Source: Octopus vulgaris
Taxonomy: Eukaryota
Direction: 5' to 3'
DNA: 64,000 bases
Assembly (NCBI GenBank): GCA_951406725.2
Contig: OX597840.1
Coordinates: 9,982,001-10,046,000, forward strand
In this document: in pieces, positions 13,997 to 28,662 of the stretch
Numbering within the stretch: position 1 is the stretch's first letter
Layout: each line of letters starts with the position of its first letter
Made by a program: the position numbers and the translations under genes
Notes under the pieces: generated by a model
What the model was told of the DNA's origin: nothing
The model's database searches: none
What the model saw: the letters and a program-made list of their open reading frames with translations, nothing else

Positions 13997-14252
13997 ACTT
14001 GTTTCAGTCATCTGACTGTGGCCATGCTGGAGCACCACCTTTAGTCGAATCAAATCGACCCCAGGACTTATTCTTTGCAAGCCTAATACTTATTCTATCG
14101 ATCTCTTTTGCCGAACCGCTAAGTTATGGGGACGTAAACACATCAGCATCGGTTGTCAAGCGATGTTGGGGGGACAAACACAGGCACACAAACATACACA
14201 CACACACACACACATGCATATATATATAAATATATATACATACATACATACA

Positions 14253-14284
<32 letters not shown>

Positions 14285-14820
14285 CATAGGCGCAGGAGTG
14301 GCTGTGTGGTAAGTAGCTTGCTTACCAACCATATGGTTCCGGGTTCAGTCCCACTGCGTGGCACCTTGGGCAAGTGTCTTCTACTATAGCCTCGGGCCGA
14401 CCAAAGCCTTGTGAGTAGATTTGGTAGACGTCGTATATATATGTGTGTGTATATGTTTGTGTGTCTGTGTTTGTCCCTTCAACATCGCTTGACAACCAAT
14501 GGTGGTGTGTTTACGTCCCCGTAACTTAGCGGTTCGGCAAAAGATACCGATACAATAAGTACTAGGCTTACAAAGAATAAGTCCTGGGGGTCGATTTGCT
14601 CGACTAAAGGCGGTGCTCCAGCATGGCAGCAGTCAGATGACTGAAACAAGTAAAATAGTAAAAGAGTATATATACGACGGGCTTCTTTCAGTTTCCGTCT
14701 ACCAAATCCACTCACAAGGCTTAGTAGAAGACACTTGGCCAAGGTGCCACGCAGTGGGACTGAACCCGGAACCATGTGGTTGGTAAGCAAGCTACTTACC
14801 ACACAGCCACTCCTGCGCCT
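13989..14820. mobile_element. Nested SINE family A: + copy (14288-14665) inside the internal microsatellite of a - copy (13989-14215 plus 14670-14820)
   Basis: The 3' and 5' halves of a minus-strand copy flank a plus-strand copy. Confidence 0.85.
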
Positions 14821-15479
14821 GTGGTAAGTAGCTTGCTCTTAATTTGGCTCTTAATATTTATTATTTAGAGCCAAATATTTCGTCATTTTGCTGTTGAGAC
14901 TATTTAGTTAAGGTGGTCTTAATGGCCGTTCTACGTCATCCTCTTGTATTGATTCTAAAAACAGAATGGCGGCAAACGGTTATTTGGTGGTCGTAACTTA
15001 TTTGATATCTACGATGTGTGTTTTCATTGGGTGATGGGTTTGTTGTGTTGCTCTCATTCCTCCCTCTCTGTCTCCTTCCTCTGTCTCCTTTTCCATCCCA
15101 TTCCTCTCTCTCTCAGTGCGAATTTGTTTAAACGCTTGTATGCATGTTTACGGTTCTTTGTGATTTCAAGACGCCATGATGTATTCCTGGCTCCTTCATG
15201 CACAAGACGTGTGTTTTCAGTTGCCGTTGAATTTGTCGCTTTACTCTGTTTATTTGTTTAAACGCTCTGATGTCCGTGGCTTGTTTGAAATGCAATTGCT
15301 TCTCTGTCTGTTTGCCTGTCTGTCTGTGGGTTTCTTGAAACGGCGTGAATGTGTGAACAGCGAATGTGTGAATCTATTAAAAGGAAAGAAAAACAATTAC
15401 CGCCATTTAAGGGCCTTTGAAAGCCCACTATTTTATAGCGCTATTTCAGATATTTTGAATTACCCAATATACATGTACC

Positions 15480-15858
15480 TTAAGTTAAGTTAAATTAAGT
15501 TAATTTTTTGGCTCAAAAAGCAAAAAGCAAGGCCATGTAGGGGGACAGGGAGTTATGTACGGGGAGGGTGTTCATGCAAAGAGTTCAGGCCATTTCTGGT
15601 CAAGAGAGACTTTGAACCAAGCGGTCGTCGGCATCCTCACTATCTCGTCCGTTAGCTTATTCCACGGATCCGCAACCCGGACGGAGAAAGCCCCTCTCCT
15701 TCGATTGAGATGAAATCGTCGCAGATAGAGCTTTTCGGAGTGACCTCGCAGCCGACGCTCTGGAGCAGGAGTGAAGAACAGCTCTTTCGAGAGGTTATAC
15801 TTTCCGCTTATGATGTTGTGAGCAAGAATGAGATCACCACGGTGTCGGCGTTTTTCTA
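15480..15858 (-). mobile_element. CR1-clade LINE 3' fragment (same subfamily as 583-1072)
   Basis: LEKRRHRGDLILAHNIISGK...FSVRVADPWNKL...KWPELFA with the same 3'UTR. Confidence 0.9.
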
Positions 15859-15944
15859 GTTCTTTCTCAAGCCATGCCAGGCTCATAAAAGCCGCTTTCC
15901 CGGTTTCAGTGGCTTAGAAATTCCCCACTTTGACGGGAAGCCTC

Positions 15945-17215
15945 TTCGGTTACACTATAGACTGAGAGGACTGTCAGCCTTGGGTTTCCATTGGAATTCA
16001 CCCTCAACGCACGTGGGGAGACAGGTATGATTTCCTACACTAACAGATTGGCTTTTCCACTGTACACAAAATCCACTACTCCTACTCTAGCACCAGCCGT
16101 GACCCTCACTGCTGATGTGGTGATAAACTGGCTCTTCTTTCCAATCATCACTCTCTTCCCGGGTTCATCGTGTAGCATCCTGTGTTCCTGGATCACAAAT
16201 ATCTGCGAAATGCTTAGCGGTATTTCGTCTGCCGCTACGTTCTGAGTTCAAATTCCACCGAAGTCGGCTTTGCCTTTCATCCTTTCGGGGTCGATAAATT
16301 AAGTACCAGTTTCCCACTGGGTCGATGTAATCGACTTAATCCCTTTGTCTGTCCTTGTTTGTCCCCTCTGTGTGTAGCCCCTTGTGGACAATAAATAGGT
16401 ATTTCGTCTGCTATTACGTTCTGAGTTCAAATTCCACCGAGGTCGACTTAGCCTTTCATTCTTTCGGGGTCGATTAAATAAGTACCAGTTACTCACTGGG
16501 GTCGATATAATCGACTTAATCCCTTTGTCTGTCCTTGTTTGTCCCCTCTGTGTGTAGCCCCTTGTGGACAATAAATAGGTATTTCGTCTGCCATTACGTT
16601 CTGAGTTCAAATTCCACCGAGGTCGACTTTGCCTTTCATCATTTCGGTGTCGATTAAATAAGTACCAGTTACGCACTGAGGCTGATATAATCGACTTAAT
16701 CCGTTTGTTTGTCCTTGGTTGTCCTCTCTGTGTTTAGCCCCTTGTGGGTAGTAAAGAAATAGGTATTTCGTCTGCCGCTACGTTCTGAGTTCAAATTCCG
16801 CCGAGGTCGACTTTGCCTTTCATCCTTTCGGGGTCGATTAAATAAGTACCAGTTGCGTACTGGGGTCGATATAATCGACTTAATCCGTTTGTCTGTCCTT
16901 GTTTGTCCTCTCTATGTTTAGCCCCTTGTGGGCAATAACGAAATAAGTATCTGCATACCACTCTCCTCAAACAGATGACCCAACCCCTCTCTCTTCTCCA
17001 GCGCCCCAACTGTCCCCACATTCAGAATGCCAATTTTATGGTTCCTCTGCAGCACAAAAGGGTGTTCTTTACATTTGTCTCAGAGACTGCTGGTCCATTG
17101 TCCATTGGCCCTCCTTGTGGCTCTAAACCAGCAGAGTCATAATGACCAGGCTGTTCCTTGACAGTGTAGTTAGGGGCTCCAACCCTAGCGCTGTTAAGCA
17201 CATTTTCCATGGTTC
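15945..17215 (-). pseudogene. RTE-clade LINE 5' fragment (AP-endonuclease N-terminus), split by a SINE B array
   Basis: Degenerate translation ..TIKLAF.. and ..QFITTSAVRVTAGARVGVV resembles the APE N-terminal motifs. TATCTGC is repeated on both sides of the SINE array. Confidence 0.55.
16206..16945 (+). mobile_element. SINE family B tandem array (4 units)
   Basis: Four ~180-185 bp head-to-tail units joined at AAATAGGTATTTCGTC. Confidence 0.9.
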
Positions 17216-17321
17216 TTTTCAGTGGTTGATAATGGCTGATGTTTATATATAGGCATGTATATATAGGTATCTATATATGTATAAAGATTTATATGTATAT
17301 TTTTCCATTTTTTTTTATCAG

Positions 17322-17340
17322 GCATCGTTCTCAACATCAG
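17322..17340 (+). CDS. Candidate 19-nt microexon of the ZP-domain gene
   Basis: Strong acceptor ttttccatttttttttatcag and consensus donor CAG|gtaagt. Read as ASFSTS-G it ends in phase 1, matching the exon at 25680. Confidence 0.5.
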
Positions 17341-18111
17341 GTAAGTCTGAAATCTTTAATATTTAATGAAAACTAATCTTCTTATATGTAACAGGGCGAA
17401 TATTGTTATGACTATTACATATGTGTATATACATACATACATACATACATACATACATACATACATACATACATACATACATACATACATACATACATAC
17501 ATACATACATACATACATACATACATACATACATACATAAATACATACATACATACATACATACATACATACATGCATGCATACATACATACATAAATAC
17601 ATAAATACATACATACATACATAAATACATACATATATATATATATACATACAAATATACGTGTGTGTATGTATGAGTGTACATGTGTAATAGGTGTGGC
17701 TGTGTGGTAAGAAGTTTGCTTCAAACCACGTAGTTGTAGGTTCATTCCCATTGCGTGTCACCTTGGCGTGTATCTTCTACTAAAGCTTCGGGCCGACCAA
17801 AGCCTTCTGAGTGGATTTTAAAGAAGGAAACATGTGCTTCATATTCCACTCGGAATTACAAAATTAAACAAGTAAATACTCGTGATTCCTACTAGGAAAT
17901 GGAACATGTGTAATGGTAAATAAATATAAAGAATTTCCAGTTTCCTATGGTGTTATGTAATATCTCAGCAAATAATATTTCCCCAATACTCAGTTTTACT
18001 ATTTTGACTAACATCCAGCAGCAACTGAGACTACATATTACATTATGAAAATGGAATAAGCAAATGTGCTTCAAGAGGAAACAACAGGGATTTATACTAA
18101 CTACCTATATA

Positions 18112-18651
18112 TCTCTCCAGCTATATAAACGGCAGTTTGTCTGTCTGTGTGTCTGTCAGGTTGTACCCTCACTCTGACCACGGCTTTCAACCGATTCTGA
18201 TGAAACTAAACACACACATAGCCCAATGTCATAATTCAAAAGTAACGCAGCGAAAATTTTGAAAAGTTCCCTCAGTTTTGAAAAGAATCGATAAATTCGA
18301 CATGGGGTCGAGAATCTCAGCTTTTTATATGCAACACATTTTCTGTTGTAGTTTTCGCAACTTGCAATCGATTTTCACCAAACTCATGGTGAAGCTTAAT
18401 GTTACCCTAAGAAACTTAATTCTGACGTTAGTTTTCCATGCAATACATACCATCACAAAAAATCGATAAAATCATGCCATTTTGGGAAATCGCGTTTTCG
18501 CCCAAAGGGACAGCTAGGAACATCGTATACACAGAAGACATTGCAACTTACACATGCGCCTTCGTTCTCTAGAGGGAAAGGACTAGATTGGGATTAGTCG
18601 TTGCCTACTAGGGGCTCTTACATACCCGGGCAACGCCGGGCTATGCTGCTA

Positions 18652-18652
<1 letters not shown>
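18112..18652 (+). mobile_element. Non-autonomous Helitron
   Basis: 5' TC after A, (TCTG)n near the 5' end, 3' hairpin CCCGG-GCAACG-CCGGG (18625-18640), then a CTAG terminus followed by T. Confidence 0.8.
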
Positions 18653-18687
<35 letters not shown>

Positions 18688-18836
18688 TATAATGCCTTTA
18701 CTGTTATGTAATGGTGTAATAAAGTATTGATTGGGTATCATCTGTTGGTTGATGTTTGATTGATTTAAGTATGTTTCTCCATTTTCTAATTTTGTATATA
18801 TATATATATATATATATATACACGCACACACATATA

Positions 18837-18880
<44 letters not shown>

Positions 18881-19081
18881 AGGTTATATGTATATATGTT
18901 TGTGTATGTATGTATATGTGTGTGCGTGCATGTGTCAGTCTTTGTCTCTGTGTTTATTCCCCATACTGCTTGACAACCGATGTTGGTGTGGTTATCTATG
19001 CTCCTGCAACCTAGCGGTTCGACAAGGGATCGATTTGTTCGACTAAGTCGCTATATCGTGAGCGCAACACCCTAACCACAA

Positions 19082-19149
<68 letters not shown>

Positions 19150-19220
19150 ATAATAGTAATAGTAATAATAACGAGAGTGTGATGATGATGATAATGATAT
19201 TACCGCAGGATAATAATATA

Positions 19221-19385
19221 GCCGCAGGAGTGGCTGTGTGGTATGTAGCTTGCTAACCTATCATATGGTTCCGGGTTCAGTCCCACTGCGTGGCATCTTG
19301 GGCAAGTGTCTTCTGCTATAGCCTCGGGCTGACCAAAGCCTTGTGAGTGGATTTGGTAGACGGAAACTGAAAGAAGCCTGTCGTA

Positions 19386-19460
<75 letters not shown>

Positions 19461-19680
19461 TTGTGTGTCTGTGTTTGTCCCCCTAGCATTGCTTGACAAC
19501 CGATGCTGGTGTGTTTACGTCGCCGTAACTTAGCTGGTCGGCAAAAGAGACCGATAGAATAAGTACTAGGCTTACAAAGAATAAGTCCCGGTGTCGATTT
19601 GATTCGACTAAAAGACGGTGCTCCAGCATGGCCGCAGTCAAATGACTGAAACAAGTAAAAGAGTAAAAAGAGAGAAAAGG
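19221..19680 (+). mobile_element. SINE family A, full length
   Basis: Full match to family A. Confidence 0.9.
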
Positions 19681-20269
19681 GAGAGTACCGAATGTTGATT
19701 ATGAGACGGAGGAAGAGGCGGAGAACAGCCTCAATTCTATATAATATTTGCCGAAAAATAAACAAGAGAAAACAAGTTTTTGTTGAGAAGAAATATATAA
19801 AAGACGAAAATAAATAAACAAATGGAAAAGATAAAAAAAAAAGTATCTGTAAAAGAAGAAAGCAAATTAGGAACTGAAGGAAAACTATCGAGATGCAATC
19901 TTTTATGTGTTATCATAAAAACAGGAAGTCAATATCTTTTATTTCCGGGCGCCATTGCGTGACATGGAGAGAAAAAAATTAAGTTGAGATTTCTCGTAGA
20001 AAGCAATCATATTCTCCTCATTGACTTCCTGCATGTCTGTCTGCCGGCATATCTGCCTGTCTGCCCGTCCGCATGTGTGTCTGTGTGCCTGGCAGGAAAG
20101 CAAAGCAAAGTGTTCGGTTTGCTTTAAAATAAACTGATCCGAAACAGCGAGAAAGAAAATATATTTTTCTTATTTCGTTTTTTTTAAACGATGTAATCTG
20201 AAATGTGTTATTTTGTTGTTAGGAAAAAACCATTTTCCAATCCATAGCAATAGTTCTATTGTGGTGCAA

Positions 20270-21315
20270 TCTTGTGCTCGTTTCAGTCATTATACTGCGG
20301 CCATGCTGGAGTACCGCCTGGAATAATTTTCAGTCGACTAAGTCAGCCCTAGTACTAATTATTATTTTTTTTGAGGCTGATACTTATTCTAATTTCTTTA
20401 TTGCCCACAAGGGGCTAAACATAGAGAAGACAAACAAGGACAGACAAACGGATTAAGTCGATTATATCGGCCCCAGTGCGTAACTGGTACTTAATTTATC
20501 GAACCCGAAAGGATGAAAGGCAAAGTCGACCTCGGCGGAATTTGAACTCAGAACGCAACGGCAGACGAAATACCTATTTCTTTACTACCCACAAACAAGG
20601 ACAGACAAACGGATTAAGTCGATTACATCAACCCCAGTGTGTAACTGGTACTTAATTTATCGGCCCCAAAAGGATGAAAGGCAAAGTCGACCTCAGCGGA
20701 ATTCCAACTCAGAACGTAACGGCAGACGAAATACCTGTTTCTTTATTGCCCACAAGGGGCTAAACATAGAGGGGACAAACAAGGACAGACAAAGGGATTA
20801 AGTCGATTGCATCGACTCCAGTGTATAACTGGTACTTATTTTATCGACCCCGAAAGGATGAAAGGCAAAGTCGACCTCAACGGAATTTGAACTCAGAACG
20901 TAACGGCAGACGAAATACCGCTAAGCATTTCGCCCGGCATACTAACGGTTCTGCCAGCTCACCGCCTTATCTGGTACTTATACTATCGGCCTTTTTTGCC
21001 GAACTACTAAGTTACGGGGACATAAACACACCAATACCGGTTGTCAAGCAGTGGTAGGGGGAAAACACACACACACAAACACACACACAGAGGGTCTCTC
21101 TCTCTCACACACACACACACACACGACAGGCTTCTTTCAGTTTCCGTCTACCAAATCCACTCACAGGCACACAAACATATACATACGCATATATATATAT
21201 ACATATACCACGGGCTTCTTTTAGTTTCCGTCTACCAAATCCACTCACAAGGCTTTGAACCCGGAACCATGTGGTTGGTAAACAAGCTACTTACCACACA
21301 GTCACTCCTACGCCT
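20270..21315 (-). mobile_element. SINE family A interrupted by a 3-unit SINE family B array (20391-20968)
   Basis: Family A 3' part at 20270-20390, family B trimer, then the family A remainder at 20970-21315. Confidence 0.8.
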
Positions 21316-21788
21316 ATAAATTAAAAATTGCTAAAATATTTTGTGTACTGTAGAAGTGTAAGCAAGTTGTTGCGCATAAACTTTAACAACAAAATCTTAT
21401 ACGGCCCCTCAGGGGCCAAATGGACCCTGACTGAGAACCATTGTTTTTCTATAATGAAGAGAAACAGCAGCAATAAGATATTCCTGTTCGAATCTGCCAG
21501 AACATTCAACGAATGGATATATTTGTGTTTGGTTCCTCGCTGTTCAGCGTGTATCTCAAATATTATTAAATATATTTGTTATAGGAAAAACATTTCTCCA
21601 ATACACAACGCTGTTTTTATTGTAATGCAATGTTAAAAGTACTTGATAATATGCAAAAATATTTCACAGACAGACAATGACAGTTTTGATTGATGAATAA
21701 ACTGAAGTTATATGTAGTTACACCAAGAGCTGGAAATGGTAACCATCTCGATTTCTAAGTAGTACTTTAACATAAGTTCAAGGTATAT

Positions 21789-22200
21789 AGGCGTAGGAGC
21801 GGCTGTGTGGTAAGTAGCTTACTTACCAACCACATGGTTCCGGATTCAGTCCCACTACCTGGCACCTTGGCCAAGTGTCTTCTACTATAGCCTCAGGTTG
21901 ACCAAAGCCTTGTGAGTGGATTTGGTAGACGGAAACTGAAAGAAGCCCGTCGTATATATGTATATATATATGTGTATATATATGTGTGTGTTTGTGTGTG
22001 TATGTTTGTGTGTCTGTGTTTGTACCCCAACATCGCTTGACAACCGATGCTGGTGTGTTTACGTCCCCGTAACCGATAGAATAAGTAGAATAGGATTACA
22101 AAGAATAAGTCCTGGAGTCGATTTGCTCGACTAAAGGCGGTGTTCCAGCATGGCCACAGTCAAATGACTGAAACAAGTAGAAGAATAAAAGAGTAAAGAG
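21789..22200 (+). mobile_element. SINE family A
   Basis: Match to family A with a small internal deletion. Confidence 0.9.
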
Positions 22201-22345
22201 TATACCAGACTTATTTTAATCTTCATATTGTACTTTAAAATAAGTACAAGGCCTCCCACAGTCTCCAACTTGTTCTTTAAAATAAGTGAATGATATATCA
22301 CAGTAATTTTGATCTCCAAGCCGTACTTTAAAATGTGTACAATGT

Positions 22346-22956
22346 ACGAGGTGGTGGGGGGCGGTTATGAAAAGTTCCTGGCTTTAAGGATGTCGCGAAA
22401 GGCCTGGCTGGAGGTTCAACCTTCCGGGTTCTTTTACAGGCTTTAGAAAAACTGAAAGACCGTTGCAATTAAGTGTGTGAGTGTTATCAAAGAAGCTTGA
22501 GAGGCGGTTGGATGGAACCTACACTCGCCTCCTTATGAGAGCTCAAAATCTCTTGTGGAGGCGTCATCCAACCAAAATGCAAATATATGGGAAACTACCA
22601 CCTGTGTCATCTCTTGTGAAAGGTAGGAGAGTCCAGTTTGCTGGACATTGTTGTAGAGCTGAAAAAGAATTAATTTCTACTCTTCTCCTCTGGAAGCCAT
22701 CTACTCGCAATACCAGAGGGCGCACACTCTCCTACCCTGATGTAATCTCCAGGGATACAGGCATCCAGCAACAGGACCTCCGTAATGCTATGATGGACCG
22801 TGAAGTCTGGCGTAGCATGGTAAATTCCATTGTCTCGACCACGGTCGAACAATGATGATGATGATGATGATGTTAGATGGGAATATGTTGAATAATTAAC
22901 CGATCCTCGCATGTTTTATTTCACCCAAAACCAAGAACCTTTCAGCACCTCTCGTA
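22346..22956. mobile_element. Mariner-derived MITE interrupted by an RTE fragment (related copy at about 26155-26350)
   Basis: Termini TACGAGG..TGAAAAGTTCCTGG / CCAAGAACCTTTCAGCACCTCTCGTA. Confidence 0.55.
22481..22872 (+). mobile_element. RTE-clade LINE 3' fragment
   Basis: ORF 22481-22855 LERRLDGTYTRLLMRAQNLLW...RRVQFAGHCCR...DREVWR followed by an (ATG)n tail. Confidence 0.85.
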
Positions 22957-23182
22957 TATTCGCTTCAAAGATCAGAAATAGATTTTGCTTTGTACATTCA
23001 AATTCAGGGCGGACTTGCGACTAATGTAACCGAAAATAAACCCGAACAGTTTATACAACATCTTGTCAGGTAATCCATGTTGTCTATGGAATCTCCAAAG
23101 ACTGTAAACGGATTTAATCGGCTTATACTCAAAATATTAGTACAAGATTACGAATATAAATATAATGAATCAATCCAGAGAC

Positions 23183-23413
23183 CATGTTGTGAGGACTAAC
23201 ACAGACACACAAACATATACACACACATACATATATATATATACATACATATATACTACGGGCTTCTTTCAGTTTCTGTCTACCAAATCCACTCACAAGG
23301 CTTTGGTCGGTCCGAGGCTATAGTAGAAGACACTTGGCCAAGGTGCCACGCAGTGGGACTGAACCCGGAACCATGTGGTTGGTAAGCAAACTACTTACCA
23401 CACAGCCACTCCT
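23183..23413 (-). mobile_element. SINE family A, 5' half
   Basis: Reverse complement of the family A head and internal microsatellite. Confidence 0.85.
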
Positions 23414-23899
23414 CATTTGCTAACAATGAGAGATAAACTCTATAGCCTCTAGGTTGGTATGTACGCCAGCTGAAGTACATCGTAGAAATATAGCTATCTT
23501 CATTTACCGATATATCATTCCTCAAAAACTAATTTAAATGCAATATGCCTTACATCTAGATTTTCTGCTTCCGAACTAATTAAATTAAATTCCATCGATT
23601 TTATAGAAACTCACCAACAAAAATACATAAATAATGATATAAACAAATATAGAACAAACAAACTCCTTTATACTCAATTTCTTAATTGGTTTTTAAATAA
23701 ATTTTCGTCAGCGCCGCTCATAATCCCGGAACAGGAACAACAGCAGTAGTAGCAGCAGCAACAACAACAACAACAGCAACAACAACAACAACAACAACAA
23801 CAACAAAATAACTGTGGTTGCCAAAATTTAAATTTAATGCCAAAATCTAATTTGGTTATGATGTATCTCCAGTGAATACGAAAATGTTAATCAGCATAA

Positions 23900-23930
<31 letters not shown>

Positions 23931-24078
23931 GCATACATACATACACACACACACACAAAGAGATAGATATATACATACATTCATACGTACGCGTGTATGA
24001 GTGCATATGTTTGCACGTTTATATGTTTATATATATATATGATTGTGTGTATATATATATATATATATATATACATGC

Positions 24079-24127
<49 letters not shown>

Positions 24128-24144
24128 CACACATACACACACAC

Positions 24145-24187
<43 letters not shown>

Positions 24188-24191
<4 letters not shown>

Positions 24192-25300
24192 GTCATCCCA
24201 TTAGTTCTGTCAGATTTTATCTTTTTTAAAATTGAAGGATATTTAATAGTATTTTAGAATGTCTAATGGAATAAAAAATTATTTTTATGCATTTGTGTAC
24301 ATTTAAGCTCATTAAATATTATTTTGCAGAATAATAGAATTAAAATTTCTTTGATTAAAACCCTTTCTAACATGGAAGTATCCAAAGTGCATTTGATGCA
24401 CATAATGCTTTATGAGTACAAAAAAGGAAACTCTGCAGCCGAAGAGACTCGAAATATACACTCAGTTTATGGGAAAGAATGCTTGAATGAAAGAACTTGC
24501 AGAAGATGGTTTGCAAAATTCAGAAGTGGAGATTTCAGCCTTGAAGATGAAGATCGAACAGGACGTCCAGTTGAGTTTGATGATAAGCTCCTTGAGGCAT
24601 TACTTGAAGAAAATCCTGCATTATCAGTTGAAGAATTGGTAATAAAGCTTAGCTCACACCCTATAACTCTTCATCGTCATCTTCAACAACTTGGAAAAGT
24701 TCCTAAACTTGGAAAATGGGTGCCTCATGAATTGTCCGAAAGCAACTGCCTCTCCATTCTCGTCAACTCATTCCACCCGTTTTGGATAGTCTTGTGACAG
24801 GTGACGGAAAATGGATCTTCTATCGAAATGTTAAACATCGTAAACAGTGGCTTGGTAAAAGGAAAAAAGCTCAACCACAACCGAGAAGGGAACTTCATGG
24901 AAAAAAAGGTTCTTCTCTCTATCTGGCGGGATTGCAAAGGAGTAATTCACTTTGAAATGCTACCACCTAATGCAACAATCAATGTTCAAGTCTACTGTCA
25001 GCAATTAGAGCGTTTGAACCAAGCTTTGAAGAAAAAAAAGACCTGCTTTAGTGAATCGAAAAAGAGTGATGTTTCATCAGAACAATGCGCGACCCCACAC
25101 TGCAAAGATCACATCACAGAAGATCGAAGAGCTTGGTTAGAAAAAATCCTCATCCACCTTATTCTCCCGACCTTGCTCCTTCAGACTACCATTTGTTTCG
25201 TAGTTTACAGAATTATTTAGGGGACAGAACTTTCGCAAGCCAGGAGGAGGTCGAAACTGACATTTCAGAGTCCTTCGCTTTGAAACCAAAAGAGTTTTAC
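24188..25300 (+). pseudogene. Mariner (DD34D, Mos1/Hsmar-like) transposase pseudogene
   Basis: HTH region ..RWFAKFRSGDFSLEDEDRTGRP.., WVPHELS, VTGD.KW, NARPH and HPPYSPDLAPSDYHLF are spread over frameshifted ORFs. The 5' TIR follows (TA)n and the 3' end is truncated by a SINE piece. Confidence 0.92.
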
Positions 25301-25679
25301 ATTTATCAGTCTATGTCTCTTTGTTTGTTCCCTATCACCGCTTCTTAACCAGTGTTAGTATGTTTACATCCTCGTAACATAGCGGGTCGGCAAAAGAGAC
25401 CGATAGAATAAGTACTTGGGTTAAAAAAATATACACTAGGATCAGTCTGTTCGACTAGAACTTTTTAAGATGGTGCCCCAGTTTGGCCGCAGTGAAATGA
25501 TTGAAACAGGTAAACGATAAAAAATAAAACATTTAATCGCTAATCGTCTGATAATATATAAAATACTTAATCAACAGTCGTTAATCCGATAATACATATT
25601 TTGATTATGGGTTAAATATTTTTATATGTATTTGTCAATTAAAAAATTTTATAATGAACTTTTCGCCATCTATCTTCAG

Positions 25680-25978
25680 GTCGTTATGTCTGTGATCAAT
25701 CCAGGAAGATGATTGTGTTTCTGTATAGCGATACGGGTTCAAATAACACCAGCGGCAGTAGTGAAGACCATGACAGAACTGACCCTTTGTCCACGTGGTC
25801 ACGCCACACCAGCTTATATGATATCTATGTGGAAGAGATGAGAGACAGTTGCAGTAAACAGGCGGGAAAGGTCGATGGCAAGGGGTCACCAGATGACCCT
25901 TATAGGCTGTGTATTTCGGTAAAACCAGGAGGGACCCTAACAAATGATACGTCTTCAAACGAGACCTGCTTTATTCAG
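25680..25978 (+). CDS. ZP-domain membrane protein, exon A (ZP-N start)
   Basis: Acceptor tatcttcag| and donor CAG|gtgcga. Encodes (G)RYVCDQSRKMIVFLY...DSC...GSPDDPYRLCI...ETCFIQ, phase 1 to 0. Confidence 0.85.
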
Positions 25979-26430
25979 GTGCGATTTTTCTCTTTTCGTG
26001 TGTAATTATTTGTACTTAAATATATGGCTGAGTGCTCCGCGTGTCTGGGTTCCCTGGTCTAAAGTAAACACGACTGAAAAAAGTCAGCATCTCTTCATAT
26101 GTATGTATATTGATATATGCACACCTACATTTACATGTATACATATGTGTGTATATGAAAGGGTGTTGAAAACTGCCTGGCTTTGAGCAAAAGAAAATAC
26201 AGGAGGGCCAGTTAAATATGGTTTTATTCAACATATTCCCCTCTCAGATTCACACACTTATTGTAGTGGTCCTTCAGTTTTTCTACGCATTGTAAAAGAA
26301 CTCGGAAGGTTGGGCCCCCAGTCAGGCCATTCGTGATACCTTATAACCATAAGCCACGTTTTCCTATTTCAAATTTTTGAAAATCAGTATAACTATGAAA
26401 CCGGTTAAAGCTTCAAATATTTTATTAAAA

Positions 26431-27484
<1,054 letters not shown>

Positions 27485-27861
27485 ATATAAAACAATGTAT
27501 GTGCATCTTTCAGTGTTTGTCCTCCACCATCGCTTGGCAACCCTGTGTTGGCGTGTTTTCGTCTTCGCAACCTCATAACAGTTCCGCAAAAAGGTCATAG
27601 TGATATATATAAATACATGCATGTGACGATGTAGGTATACCTATCTACCTACATGCATACATACATACGCACATACACAGCCCCATGCGTATAAATACAA
27701 TGTGCTTGTAAAACAATTAATCAGTTGTTTTGTTAGCCAAAGTTCTGTAATCACCAATTGATTGTTTAATCAACATATTAAACAAGCAATCGATAAGATA
27801 GTTACTCTGATATTTATTCAAATCTTCAGGCCTTGTGTCTATGATAGAAAGTATTATTATT

Positions 27862-28565
27862 AAGGCGGTGAGCTAGCAAAATCGATTAGCAGGCCGACCA
27901 AACTGTTTAGCGGCATTTCGTCCGTCCCTTTGTTTTTGTTCAAATTTCACCGAGATCGACTTTGCCGTTCATCCTTTCGGGACCGATAAAATAAGTACCA
28001 GTTACGCACTGGGGTCGATATAATCGACTTAATCTGATTGTCTGTCCTTGTTTGTCCTCTCTGTGTTTAGCCCCTTGTGGGTGGTAAAGAAATAGGTATT
28101 TCGTCTGCCGTTATGTTCTGAGTTCAAATTCCGCCGAGGTCGACTTTGCCTTTCATCATTTCGGGGCCGATAAATAAAGAACCAGTTTCGCCCTTCTGTT
28201 GATATAATCGACTTAATCTGTGTGTCTGTCCTTGTTTGTCAACTCTGTGTTTAGCCCCTTGTGGGTAGTAAAGAAATAGGTATTTCGTCTGTCGTTACGT
28301 TCTGAGTTCAAATTCCGCCAAGGTCGACTTTGCCTTTCATCCTTTCGGGGTCGATAAATAAAGTACCAGTTTCGCACTGGGGTTGATATAATCGACTTAA
28401 TCTGTTTGTCTGTCCTTGTTTGTCCTCTCTGTGTTTAGCCCCTTGTGGGTAGTAAAGAAATAAGCATTCCGTCCGTTCAAATTCCACCGAGATCGACTTT
28501 GCCTTTCATCCTTTCGGGATCGATAAAATAAGTACCAGTTGAACACTGGGGTCGATGTAATCGAA
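27862..28565 (+). mobile_element. SINE family B tandem array (about 3.5 units)
   Basis: Head AAGGCGGTGAGCTAGCAAAATCG followed by repeated body units. Confidence 0.9.
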
Positions 28566-28662
28566 TTTCCCCCCCCCACATCTCACAGTTGCTGACCTTG
28601 TGCCAAAATAAGAAACGATTATTATTTTTGCTGTTATTCTCTCCGTTTGCTTTCATCTGCAG

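Noticed and set aside
23712-23811. Possible Thr/Ala-rich exon of the ZP gene after ttttcgtcag
   Set aside because: It runs into TAA within an (ACA)n microsatellite and has no phase-compatible donor.
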